Made by a program: the position numbers and the translations under genes | Assembly (NCBI GenBank): GCA_963789955.1 | Contig: CAWBMV010000034.1 | Span: 320,001-384,000, forward strand | Direction of reading: 5' to 3' | Length of the DNA stretch: 64,000 nt | From: an uncultured Candidatus Rokubacteria bacterium | GTDB taxonomy: Bacteria; Methylomirabilota; Methylomirabilia; Rokubacteriales; CSP1-6 | Shown: positions 29,002 to 39,976 of the stretch, one piece after another | Layout: the number at the start of each line of letters is the position of its first letter | Position numbering within the stretch: the stretch's first letter is position 1 | The notes under the pieces: model-generated | What the model saw: the letters and a program-made list of their open reading frames with translations, nothing else | What the model was told of the DNA's origin: nothing | The model's database searches: none

Positions 29002-32000
29002 ATGCGGGCCTGGCTACGTTCACCAATTTCCGTAAATCTGCTGTTGCTGGGCATCTTCCTGTCCACGCCGGCGTTCGCGGCGCCGCCGGATCAACAGCCG
29101 CGCGCCGTGCCGAGCGCGCTCCACGATCGTGCGCGCGTTGAAGGCGAGGTGCGCGTGCTCGTCGAACTCGCGCTTCCCTCCGGCCGTGTTGCGGAGAGCG
29201 CGCTCGCGAGCCAAGCCCGAGCCGCGTACCGACAGGAGATCAACGACACTGCGTCGCGCGTCCTGAGCCGACTGGCGCAGCATCGATATCGCGTTCTGCG
29301 TCGCTACCTCACGTCGCCTCTGATCGCGCTCAGCGTCAGCCCGTCAGCGCTCCAAGCGCTCGACGCATCCGGCCTTCCGGTCAAACGCGTGATGGAAGAC
29401 AGGATCCACAGGCCGGTCTTGTTCGACAGCGTCCCGCTGATCGGCGCCGATCAGGCCTGGGCCGCCGGCTTCGACGGCGCCGGCCAAACGGTGGCGGTAA
29501 TCGACAGCGGCGTCGACTCCGCGCATTCGTTCCTCGCCGGGAAGGTCGTGGAAGAGGCGTGCTATTCCACCACGTCCGGGCTGCAGAGCACGACGCTCTG
29601 CCCGAACGGCGCAGCCGAGCAGATCGGACCCGGCGCCGCCGTGAACTGCCCGCTCGAGATCGAGGGCTGCTGGCACGGCACGCACGTGGCGGGCATCGTC
29701 GCCGGCGACGGAACGTCCCTCGACCTGCCGATCTTTGGGGTCGGACGCGGCGCCAGCATCATGGCGGTCCAGGTTTTTTCTCGGATCAACGGCTTCCTCG
29801 ACTGCGGAGGCGCGCCGCCCTGTCTCGGAGCGTATACGTCGGATATCCTGGCTGCTCTCGAGCGCGTCTATGATCTGCGGGCCACGTACGCCTTTTCCTC
29901 GGTCAATATGAGTCTCGGCGGTGGACTCTTCAGCTCGGCCTGTGACGACGAGCCGTACAAACCGTTTATCGACAACTTGCGCTCAGCGGGTATCGCGACC
30001 GTCGTGGCCTCTGGAAACGACGGAGCAATCAACCAGCTCAGCGCTCCCGCGTGCGTGTCAAGCGCCGTGAGCGTCGGCGCCACGACGAAGGACGACCAGG
30101 TGGCGTCCTACTCGAACGTGGCCCCCTTCCTGTCGCTGTTCGCTCCTGGCGACGAAATCCTCTCGTCGTACCCCGGCGACAGCTTCGCGGTGGCGAGCGG
30201 AACGTCGATGGCGGCGCCACACGTGGCGGGCGCCTGGGCGATCCTCAAGCAGGCCGCGCCGACGGCGAGCGTCGACGAGATCCTCCAGGCTCTCACCAGC
30301 ACTGGGCTCCCGATCACAGACCCTCGCGCGGGAACAGGCACCACCCGACCCAGGATCCAGGTCGACCTCGCACTGAGCGCCCTGCTTGGAGAGAACCAGG
30401 ATCCTCCAGTCCTGTCCGTGAACCCGGGTTCGCTGGATTTCGGCAATGTGACCGTGGGGAGCTCCGCGGACAGAACTCTGGTCGTGCAGAACACCGGAGG
30501 CGGGATTCTTACTGGTAGCGTCACCACGAATCCTCCGTTCAGCATCGTCTCCGGCGGCTCCTTCAACCGCGGCCCGAACTCGACCCAGAATGTCGTCGTG
30601 CGATTCCGCCCGACAGCGCCCGGCGCCTTCGCGGCGAACGTGAGCTTTACTTCCAATGGCGGCGCCGTCTCGGTCGCCGTCACCGGCGTCGGCGCGGGTG
30701 TAAGCGCCATCGCCCCCAACTCGGTCGACCTCGCGAGCCCGCCGGCGAGCTTCACGATCACGGGCAACGGCTTCGTGAACCTCGGCTTCGGCCTGCCCGT
30801 CATCAACTTCACGCGCGGCGGCACCTTGATCGCGCAGGCGCGAACGACCGCCATGACCGGGACAACCTTGACGGTGCCGTACCCGACGCAGGCCACCGCG
30901 ATCACGCCCAACATGCCCGGACTGTCAACGGGCCCGGTCCAGGCCCAGGTGTGGCAGCAGACGGGGAGCGCGCCGACGTTCAGTATGATCGGAGGCGCCA
31001 CGCTCACCGTCACCGACACGCGGGGTGTGAGCGGCATCGCGCCGAGTACGATCGACCTGGCCACGCCGCCGAACCACCTTCACCATCACGGGCGGCGGCT
31101 TCGCGAACCTGGGCTTCGGTCTGCCCGTCGTGAACTTCATGCGCGGCGGTACTCTGATCGCGCAGGCGCGGGCCACGGCGCTCGCTGGAAACACGACCTT
31201 GACGGTGCCGTTCCCGACGCAGGCGACTGCGATCACGCCCAACATGCCCGGGCTGTCGGCGGGCTCGGTGACGGCGCAGGTCTGGCAGCAGACGGGAAGC
31301 GCGCCGACCTTCAGTCTGATCGGAAGTGCCACGCTCACGGTCACCGACACACGGCCGGTACCGGGGGTGACCGGGATCATTCCGAGCACGATCGATCTCG
31401 CGAGCCCGCCGGCGAGCTTCACGATCACGGGCAACGGCTTCGTGAACCTCGGCTTCGGCCTGCCCGTCATCAACTTCATGCGCGGCAGCACCTTGATCGC
31501 GCAGGCGCGAACGACCGCCGTGACTGGGACAACCTTGACGGTGCCGTTCCCGACGCAGGCGACGGCGATCACGCCCAACATGCCCGGGCTGTCGGCGGGC
31601 TCGGTGACGGCGCAAGTCTGGCAGCAGACGGGAAGCGCGCCGACGTTCAGTCTGTTCGGAAGCGCCACGCTCACGGTCACTGACACGCGGCCTATACCCG
31701 GCGTGACCGGGATCACGCCGAGCACGATCGACCTCGCGAACCCGCCGGCGAGCTTCACGATCACGGGCAACGGCTTCGTGAACCTCGGCTTCGGCCTGCC
31801 CGTCATCAACTTCATGCGCGGCGGTACCTTGATCGCGCAGGCGCGAACGACCGCCATGACCGGGACAACCTTGACGGTGCCGTTCCCGACGCAGGCGACG
31901 GCGATCACGCCTAACATGCCCGGGCTGTCGGCGGGCGTGGTCACGGCGCAAGTCTGGCAGCAGACGGGGAGCGCGCCGACGTTCAGTCTAATCGGAAGCG

Positions 32001-33026
32001 CCACGCTCACGGTCACTGACACGCGGCCTATACCCGGCGTGACCGGTATCACGCCGAGCACGATCGACCTCGCGGATCCGCCGGCCACCTTCACGATTAC
32101 GGGCAGCGGCTTCGCGAATCTCGGCTTCGGTCTGCCGGTCGTGAACTTCGTGCGCGGCGGTATCGTGATCGCTCAGGCGCGGGCCACGGCGCTGACCGGG
32201 GGCACGACCTTGACGGCGCCGTTCCCGACGCAGGCGACGGCGATCACGCCCAACATGGCCGGGCTGTCGGCGGGCGCGGTGACGGCGCAGGTCTGGCAGC
32301 AGACGGCGAGCAGCTCGTTCAGCCTGGTGGGGGCCGTCGGGCTCACGGTCACTGACACGCGGCCTATACCTGGCGTGACCGGCATCACGCCGAGCACGTT
32401 CGACCTCGCGAGCCCGCCGGCCACCTTCACGATCACGGGCAGCGGCATCGCGAATCTCGGCTTCGGTCTGCGGTCGTGAACTTCGTGCGCGGCGGTACCG
32501 TGATCGCTCAGGCGCGGGCCACAGTGCTGACCGGGGCACGACCTTGACGGTGCCGTTCCCGACGCAGGCGACGGCGATCACGCCCAACATGCCCGGGCTG
32601 TCGGCGGGCGCGGTGACGGCGCAGGTCTGGCAGCAGACGGCGAGCAGCCGTTCAGCCTGGTGGGGGCCGTCGGGCTCACGGTCACTGACACGCGGCCCGT
32701 CCCCGGCGTGAGCGGTATCACGCCCAGCATGATCAGTCATGCGACGCCGCCGGCGAGCTTCGCGATCACGGGGAATGGCTCGCGAACCTTGGGTTCGGCC
32801 TGCCGGTCGTGAACTTCGTGCGCGGCGGTACCGTGATCGCTCACGCGCGGGCCACGCGCTGACCGGGAGCACGACGTTGACGGTGCCCTGCCCCACGCAG
32901 GCGACGGCGATCACGCCCAACATGCCAGGGCTCTCGGCGGGAACGGTGACGGCGCAGGTCTGGCAGCAGACCGCAGCCAGCTCCTTCACGCTGATCGGAA
33001 GCGTTACGCTGACGGTCTCGCCCTAG
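29002..33026 (+). CDS. Secreted S8 subtilisin-like serine protease with ASH/choice-of-anchor-D-like domain and 7 tandem beta-rich repeats (frameshifts near 31075 and after 32470)
   Basis: Triad motifs VAVIDSGV, HGTHVAG, GTSMAAPHVAG; SLDFGNVTVG...NTGGG.LTG domain; repeats continue to TAG at 33024. Confidence 0.9.
30697..33023 (+). repeat. Seven intragenic tandem repeats of about 327-339 bp
   Basis: Unit GV..I.PSTIDLA.PPASFTITGNGF.NLGFGLPV.NF.RGGT.IAQAR...PTQATAITPNMPGLSAG.VTAQVWQQT starts near 30697, 31024, 31363, 31699, 32035, 32371, 32704. Confidence 0.93.
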
Positions 33027-33367
33027 TACGTCGTGTCGCGGCTCGTGAAAACCTTCTGGCGCGATGAGTTCGCAGTGGCACGCGCGAGCCGTTTGCGCTG
33101 CCCGCGCCTCGAAGGTCTCGCTTCGACTCCTGATCCTCGATCCGGCAGCGGTCGTCGCGGTGATCGAGCTCGGATTGCGGCGGCACGCCGCGTCGTTTGG
33201 GCCGCGGACTGCCGCGGTTGTCAATGACGCCGCGCTTTGTGTCACTCGCTAGAGAAGTGGGGGGGCATCGATTCAATGAAATCAGCTACTTGTGCAATGA
33301 GCCAGCGTCCTACTTTCGCCCTCGAGCTGCACCCCTTGCGTCGCATGCTCGTCGTGGTCACCCTCCT

Positions 33368-33540
33368 GTGAACACGCCCTTGACTGGGGCGACCTCGAAA
33401 CTCAAGGTCGCACTGGTTCGTGGACCGGTTGTCTCCACCGCGCGGGCGTTCAACGACGGAGGCGACGCCAGGTCTCGGCCTCGCATACGTGTCCGCCTAT
33501 GTGCGTGCCCACGGGTACGCAGTGACGATCATCGCCGCCA
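33368..33540 (+). pseudogene. Fragment resembling the N-terminus of a B12-binding radical SAM protein
   Basis: KVALVRGPVVST...(shift) TPGLGLAYVSAYVRAHGYAVTII, then truncated. Confidence 0.5.
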
Positions 33541-33589
33541 GGCGAAGGCCCAACCGGAAGCGAGGCTTCGTGAGCCCGGGCTAGTGTGA

Positions 33590-34215
33590 GGGACTGACGT
33601 CGCACACGTCTCGGCGATTAGCGAGAAGTGATGTCTCGGCGTCCGGGACGTGAGCCGGGGAGTAGTTCGAGAAGACGGCCATCCCGGTAGTAGGGGTTGT
33701 GATCCTCCGGAAAGTACATCCAGCACTTGCGCACCGGAGCTCGGTGGGCATCGGGCCGTTGAGGCCCACGCCGACAATGTGGATGTGGCCGAGCTGTGAA
33801 CGAGTGTTCGTGCGGTCTCGCCGCACGTCCGCGGTCAGGGCCGTTCGGCACGACTCGACGAGCAGGTCGAGCGGCGCGTACGGCGTGAGCTCAGCGCGTC
33901 GTATCGCTTGTCCGCGCCGTCGACAAGCGTCACGGTCCGCCCGCTGCTGTCGACGCGGGCGATGCGACGTGATCGCAAGAGCAGACTACCCGGCGCGATG
34001 AGCTCGACGCGCCGCCAGCTCACGCCCTCCCCCGCGTTGGGAAGAAGCGGAATCGATTGTTCGGCCCCCACGAGACGTCGTCATGACCTTCGGCGATGTT
34101 CTTTCGAATCCGCTGGATGTCCGGGACCGCGACGCGCTCGCCCATCCACGAGACGCCCATTCGCTCGGGCGGCACGCCCCAGACCTTGAAGTTGTAGGGA
34201 TACAGGAATAGCCGC
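33590..34215 (-). pseudogene. Central/C-terminal fragment of an FAD oxidoreductase, eukaryote-type UDP-galactopyranose mutase-like
   Basis: LFLYPYNFKVWGVPPERMGVSWMGERVAVP...SWGPNNRFRF; HIVGVGL; KCWMYFPEDHNPYYR; VFSNYSP. Confidence 0.65.
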
Positions 34216-34475
34216 CCGATACCCTCGCCGAACGTCGTGTGGATCCAGCGGAGCTCGCGCTCTACCGGATCTCCTTCATGCTGCTCAACTACATGATCGG
34301 CTACGTGCTGTATCCGTCTCGGATCTGGCGCCGTCCGCGTCGCCGAAGTGGGCGGCCGGTATCGTCGGACGCGTCGCGGCGGCGCGTTCGAGCCCCCGGA
34401 GCGCGACCTCCATGTCTTCGCGGTCGAGCCGGATCAGCACGAAGGACATGAGCGAGTGCATTCCGAGTAGCGCGA

Positions 34476-35690
34476 TCACGACAAGTGCGGGACGCGGAGC
34501 GAGGCCGGTTCGCGGTCGAGCCGGTAGAAGATCAGGAAGGGCAGTACCGGAAATCGATAGCGGCCCTGTCCCTGGAAATTGAAGACCCACGACCGGTAGA
34601 CCGACTGCCCCAGCACCAGGCCGGCGAAGACCAGGACGCACAGCAGTAAGAATTGGGCTCGTCGCGGGCCTCGCGCGGCGACCGGCAGGACGAGCATCGC
34701 GAGCAACGCGGCATAGAGGACGGCAAAGACGGCATACATCCACTCGTCGGCCACGAAGCTCATCCAGCCGTAGAGCCCACAGAAGCTGCGGAACGAGAGT
34801 CCCACCCAGTTCAGCGTCGTGAGAACCTGCCACAAGGTAACGCCCTTGGCCCGGAGCGCGATGTAGGGAAATGGGTGAGCGCCCTGACCCGAAGGCTTGA
34901 AGTCGGGCGCCGCCACCCGTTCCGCGTATTCGACGACCCGCTGTCCAGTCTGAATGTTGTTACCCGCTGGAACGGGGTACGGGAACGAAGGCGGCCGCTT
35001 GATCCATAACGACGAGCGCGAGGCGCTTCCCGCGACGCAGACCCAGCTGACAGCACGGCCCAGCCGACGAAGCCGACGCTCACGAGATAGTTCAACTTGG
35101 AGAGCACGAGGAGCCCGAGCAGTGCACCGGCGACAAACACTCCGGGGCTCGGTTTCGGCCGTACACCGCTCAGGAAGGCACGAGCAGAGGAGTCGGGCCG
35201 ACCGAGCTCGACGAGAAGGACCGTGAGGAGCGCGAACGGTAGCGCGTCGCCGTTGATGTACGAAAAGATGTACCAGACTTGCGGTGTCAACAGCAGGAAG
35301 CCCAGCATCGGCGCGAATCTTCGCGCGCGCGCCAGCATCCATGCGAGCAGGGCCCAGTACAGCGACACCTGAAACCACCGCATCGCGAGGGCGGGGTTCA
35401 ACCCGACATAGTTCCCGATGGCCGCGGCCTTGCCGAAGAACAGATAGACGATATCCGCCTCGTCCAGGTAGGAGAACCCCCATCCGCTATACGTCGCTGC
35501 CGTGTCGCGTGCGCCGACCCCCGGAGGCAGCCAGTGTTCGCGAAAGTACAAGCCCGCGACGAGATGAAGCTCCTCATCCGGGTGGGCGTTGATCCGGCTC
35601 TCCACCGCCATGAACGCGACGAGCATGGCCGACGCGAGGAGCTCGAGCACGAGCACCACCACGAGCGCCTGCTGCACGCTGACCGCGGAA
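34476..35690 (-). pseudogene. Fragmented GT-C-like polytopic membrane protein
   Basis: NAHPDEELH loop, YIFSYINGDAL, LSKLNY, SFRSFCGLYGWM, FQGQGRY.FP across several frames. Confidence 0.55.
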
Positions 35691-35699
35691 ACGCGCGCG

Positions 35700-35860
35700 C
35701 GAGTCTCTCGTGCTCGCGTTCGTGCCAGAGCCACTCGTCGCCGAGCGCGGCATCGAGGACGTCGTCGTAGTACGCGTAGTGGCTGAACTGCACGTGACCG
35801 CCGAGGTCCCACGTGAAGCCCCGCTCGTCCACGACGCTCGTCGCCAGACCACCGGGAGAG
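35700..35860 (-). pseudogene. Second fragment of the UGM-like FAD oxidoreductase
   Basis: PGGLATSVVDERGFTWDLGGHVQFSHYAYYDDVLDAALGDEWLWHERE. Confidence 0.65.
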
Positions 35861-35869
35861 GGCGCCGGG

Positions 35870-36425
35870 ATGCCTTCGAAGAGTTCTTGGTCGAACTCAG
35901 GTTGCTGAGCGAGACCGGGAGGCGATCGACCATGGGCTGGAGACGCCGCCGGAGCCAGCGCGGGCAGCCACGACCCGGGAGACGATGCGTGGTAGGGGAT
36001 AGCCCGCGAACAGCGTCGCGCCGTCCCCCGACGAACGTCGGGTGCGATGCGTCGCCAAGCGGCGTCGAGCAGGTCGATTGCTCATCAGATCGCGCGCGAC
36101 GCCGGCGTCGAGAACCTCCTCGTGGTGGTCGGTGCCGAGCGCGCTCGCCACGCGACGGGCGTGCGCGGATTCGTCGAACGAGTGATCTTCGAAGCCGATC
36201 GTGAAGGTCTTGAGACGGCCCCCGACGTGCGGGCGGCGAACGCCGCGACCGTGCTCGAGTCGATCCCGCCGGAGAGAGCCGAGCGGGACGTCGCTGACCA
36301 GCTGCTGGCTCACGGAGCGATCGAGGGCACTGCGGCAGCTTCTCGACCGCCTCCGCGGCGTCGATCGTCTGGGCTGGGCGAAAGTCGACCATCCAGTACG
36401 GCTCCACCTTGACGCGCCGTCGTTT
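35870..36425 (-). pseudogene. Internal fragment of an asparagine synthetase B family amidotransferase
   Basis: PYW, QQLVSDVPLG, SGGIDSS, LKTFTIGFEDHSFDESAHARRVASALGTDHHE. Confidence 0.7.
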
Positions 36426-36429
36426 CCCC

Positions 36430-36545
36430 GCTTCGAGGACGTGAAAGTTGTCGAAGCCGAGCTGCTGGAATCGATAGGCAGCGCCGAGCCCCGTCGGTCC
36501 AGCCCCCAGGATCAGAACGCGACCTGGATCTTGCGTCAACGCCAC
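36430..36545 (-). pseudogene. N-terminal fragment of the UGM-like FAD oxidoreductase
   Basis: RVLILGAGPTGLGAAYRFQQLGFDNFHVLEA Rossmann motif. Confidence 0.65.
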
Positions 36546-36559
36546 CGCCGGCTCGGGCG

Positions 36560-36760
36560 CGAAGCGCGACGCCGACGGTTTGACCGAACGCGCGCGCCGC
36601 GGCCTTCCAGAAGCGCCATTTGACGATCGAGACCGTCCCCGTCCGTCGCCCGCGGTGCGGAACCCACATCTCGCGCACGCGCAATCCGGCGCGGGCTGCC
36701 AGCCCCGAGATGATCACATCGGCGCGAACGTGTCGTCCGGGATCATCGACAGGATCTCGA
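36560..36760 (-). pseudogene. C-terminal fragment of a GT2 glycosyltransferase
   Basis: VIISGLAARAGLRVREMWVPHRGRRTGTVSIVKWRFWK. Confidence 0.5.
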
Positions 36761-36805
36761 CCAACGAGGACTGACGCATCAGCCGGTACGGCGCGTTGAC
36801 GTCTG

Positions 36806-37731
36806 TCACGGCATGTCCGGATGTAGTACGTGGGCTTGCGTTGGGTGTCGTAGAAACCGCGGATCACGATGTCGGCGAGAAAGCCGATGAAGAGCGAGAG
36901 AATGCCCGTGATGACGAAGAGCACCATCAAGAAGATGAGTGGTGTCGCCTCCAGGTGTCGCAGGACCAGGGCCCGATAGGCGACGATGGCGAAGGCGAGG
37001 ATACCGAGGGCGAGGTTCAGGAGCCCGAAGCCGCCGAAGATGTAGTTGGGCCGCGAAGAAAAAGTCTCCGATGAACTTCAACGTGATCAGGTCGACGAGG
37101 ACCTTGTAGATGCGAGTCAGGCCGTACTTCGATACGCCCCGAGTCCGCGGATGATGGTTCACGTCCATCACGGTACCCGGCCGGCGACAGCGGCGAGCAC
37201 CGGGAGAAAGCGGTGCATGTCGCCGTAGAGGCTCACGTCCGCGATGAGCTGGCGCGGTACGCCGAGCGAGCGGCGAAGTCGTGGAGGGGCACGCCGCTGA
37301 CGGCGCGGATCAGGAAGTTCGCGATGTTCGAGGGCAGCCCCGCGAGAGAGCCCGAGCCCATTTCGCTGCCGTCGCCACCCTGGACGACGTCGTCGAATCG
37401 CCCCTCGCCTCGAGGAGTCGAGGGATGTCGCGGGGATCGTTCTGGAGGTCAGCATCGAGCGTGACGAGGATCGGATAGCGTGAATGAGCGAACCCTGCGG
37501 ACATGCCGGCGTCTGACCGAAGTTCTTCCGCGTCGGACCAGACGCCCGTTGGAATCGCCCTCGGCGAGCGCTCGAGATACGTCCACGACCCGTCGCGGGA
37601 GCCATCGTCGACGCGAGGAACTCGTAGTCGAGACCAAGGGGCTTGAGCACCTCGACGACGTGCGTGGAGTGGCTCCAGGTGTCGTGCCGTTGACGACCGG
37701 CGACAACCGAGACGCCCTCGGGCTCGACCAT
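36806..37731 (-). pseudogene. ArnC/DPM1-like GT2 polyprenyl-phosphate glycosyltransferase, heavily frameshifted
   Basis: KNFGQT, VTLDADLQNDPRDIPRLL, LYGDMHRFLPVLA, VNHHPRTRGVSKYGLTRIYKVLVDL, C-terminal TM segments. Confidence 0.72.
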
Positions 37732-38447
37732 CACGCCGCCTCCTCGTGGGACTCGCAGCGGACGACGTAGCGCAGCGGGAGCCAACGGAACGGGACGCCC
37801 TCGATATGCGTGACCCGCAGGCCCGGCGGGATCAGAGCGAGCAGCCCCGCGAGATCGAAGACGTGCAGGTGCCACTCGTCGTCCATGCGTTCCGGCATCT
37901 GATAGTCCGCCGCGCGTGAGCCCACCAGGACGCGGTAGAGCCCGCACGTTCGAAGCATCGCCTTCAGCCGGTTGATCAGCCGCTCGTTCGGCACGGAGAC
38001 GACGGCGACGCCTCTCCCCGCGACGATCCGATGCATCTCGGCGAGCGCGGCGGCCGGCGAGGGGATGTGCTCGAGCACCTCGGAGCAGTAAACGCGTTCC
38101 CACGCGCGGTCTCGGAAGGGCAGGTGCTCGGCATCGCCCTGCACGAGGGTGCCGCGCTTCACCAACCGGCGCGCGGCCTTCGCCAGCAACGATTCGGCCA
38201 GGTCGATTCCGAAGCGCCGGGCGCTCGGAACCTGGGCCAGGATGTTCCCGGCGCCGCAGCCGATCTCCAGCACCCGATCCCCGGGGCGTGCGGCGAGCAG
38301 GGCGAGTATACGGCGGACCCGCTTGCCCTCGATGTACCGGATCAGGGGGCTTGGATGGTTGTGGAACTGCTCGACGTCGTACTTCTCGACCATCGCGTCG
38401 TTCCACGACTTGAACTCGCGAACGTCTCGGAAAGCGCGTGCGCTCAC
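37731..38447 (-). CDS. Class I SAM-dependent methyltransferase
   Basis: VLEIGCGAG, GDAEHLPF, CSEVLEHI; GTG start overlaps upstream stop. Confidence 0.88.
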   Translation of the reverse strand: MSARAFRDVREFKSWNDAMVEKYDVEQFHNHPSPLIRYIEGKRVRRILALLAARPGDRVLEIGCGAGNILAQVPSARRFGIDLAESLLAKAARRLVKRGTLVQGDAEHLPFRDRAWERVYCSEVLEHIPSPAAALAEMHRIVAGRGVAVVSVPNERLINRLKAMLRTCGLYRVLVGSRAADYQMPERMDDEWHLHVFDLAGLLALIPPGLRVTHIEGVPFRWLPLRYVVRCESHEEAA

Positions 38448-39976
38448 TGCCGGGCCGCCTGCCGGGGGAGTGTGTAGATTTCGGCGTGCTCGATCCGCTC
38501 TTTCAGCGTGTAGCCGTTCTGCTGGACCTGCTGACGGATCAGCTCGCCATTCATGGTCCAGTTCGTCCAGTTGCCGAGGACGACGACGTCGACCGTGTGC
38601 TCGCGGAGGTGCCAGAACAGTGCAGGGTAGGACATCAGCTTGAACCGCTGGACCTCGCTTGGCGCGACGCGCTGAGAGTACGTCAGCGCCCAGTGATTCT
38701 CCATGCCTGGCAGGATCGCCGCCTGCGTTTCCACGAAATAGCCAGGCCACAGGCTGATCACCCATTTCCGACCCGGGGACGCCTCACGATCGATCGCCCG
38801 GCCGACCGCTCGGATCGTCGAGAGCTTCCAGTCTGTCGGGCTGTCTCCGGGGCGCATCCACGGGATCATCTGCCCACTGATCGTGTAGCGGACCACGTCG
38901 AGAGGCGACACCACCACGTAGACCACCGCTAGCGATACGAGCAGATGGCGCAGCCGCGGCGTCGCGTTCTCGCGCACGAGCGTCGCGCAGAAGACAACGA
39001 CGCCGACCAAGAGAAAGGGCAGTGGCATGCAGAAGTACTGGGTGTAGACGGGCGTGGGCACGAAGCTCGCGAGGATCAGGAGCACTGCGATCGAGGAGGC
39101 GAGGGACAGGCGCTCCCGCGCCAGGGTGCTTGAGACCCAGGCGGCCAGGCTGCCGAGGAAGAGGAGAATGAACTGCAGGCTCGTCAGGCCCTCGGATTCC
39201 CCGAGCGCCATCAGGACCATCGGTGCGACGGCCTTCTGATACCACCAGCTGAACACCTGGTAGTCGGTTCGAATGAGATGAGTGCCCACAACGTTGTAGA
39301 AGAACGTCGCGGGATCGATGAGCAGGAAGAACTCGGCCGGCAGCAGCGCGGCAACGCAGCCGATTGTGAAGCGTCCGAACTGCATCAGCCGCGCCCGCCG
39401 GTCTGGCTCGGAGAGGTATATCTCGATGAGAAACGCGGGGGCGACGCCGATCACGTAGACGCGGCAGGCGACAGCGAGTCCGAAAAGAAGACCGCTCGCT
39501 ATCCACCTCCATCGTGACTGCGTCGAGAGCACCGCGTAAGCCGCGAACAGCAGGAGCGTCGGGAGCACGAACGTTTTGATGAGCGGATACCAGCCGAATG
39601 CGAGGCTCGAGGTCGCGAACAGGACGACTGCGAGCACCCCCCAGGCGCGGGAGCGAGCCAAGTTCGCAACCTGGCGATAGACGAGGAGCCCCAGGAGGAC
39701 CGAAAAGACGGCGGAGAGCAGGCGGGCCGCGTACCAGGAAAAGCCGACGACCTTCATCCAGCCGCCGTAGACGTACGGGAGGAGGTACATCTGCGGGTAG
39801 TAGAAGTCGTGGTATGGCAGTTGGCCTTCGGCGACAAGCCGAGCCTGGAGCAGGTACGTGCCCTCATCGCCGTCGACAAGCCTGAAGAGAGACATCGGCA
39901 CGAAGACAGCGGCCAGAAGAGCAGCAAGCAATGCGTAGACGACGGCCGGGTGCGCCTGGTCGATTCTCCCGATCAT
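38444..39976 (-). CDS. GT-C fold glycosyltransferase (ArnT/PMT-like)
   Basis: First loop DGDEGTY...GQLPYHDF, many hydrophobic segments, C-terminal soluble domain. Confidence 0.8.
   Translation of the reverse strand: MIGRIDQAHPAVVYALLAALLAAVFVPMSLFRLVDGDEGTYLLQARLVAEGQLPYHDFYYPQMYLLPYVYGGWMKVVGFSWYAARLLSAVFSVLLGLLVYRQVANLARSRAWGVLAVVLFATSSLAFGWYPLIKTFVLPTLLLFAAYAVLSTQSRWRWIASGLLFGLAVACRVYVIGVAPAFLIEIYLSEPDRRARLMQFGRFTIGCVAALLPAEFFLLIDPATFFYNVVGTHLIRTDYQVFSWWYQKAVAPMVLMALGESEGLTSLQFILLFLGSLAAWVSSTLARERLSLASSIAVLLILASFVPTPVYTQYFCMPLPFLLVGVVVFCATLVRENATPRLRHLLVSLAVVYVVVSPLDVVRYTISGQMIPWMRPGDSPTDWKLSTIRAVGRAIDREASPGRKWVISLWPGYFVETQAAILPGMENHWALTYSQRVAPSEVQRFKLMSYPALFWHLREHTVDVVVLGNWTNWTMNGELIRQQVQQNGYTLKERIEHAEIYTLPRQAARQ

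Noticed and set aside
30697..33023. Repeat array as CRISPR, DGR or shufflon cassettes
   Set aside because: Units are in-frame coding domains of one protein; no reverse transcriptase or recombinase in the window
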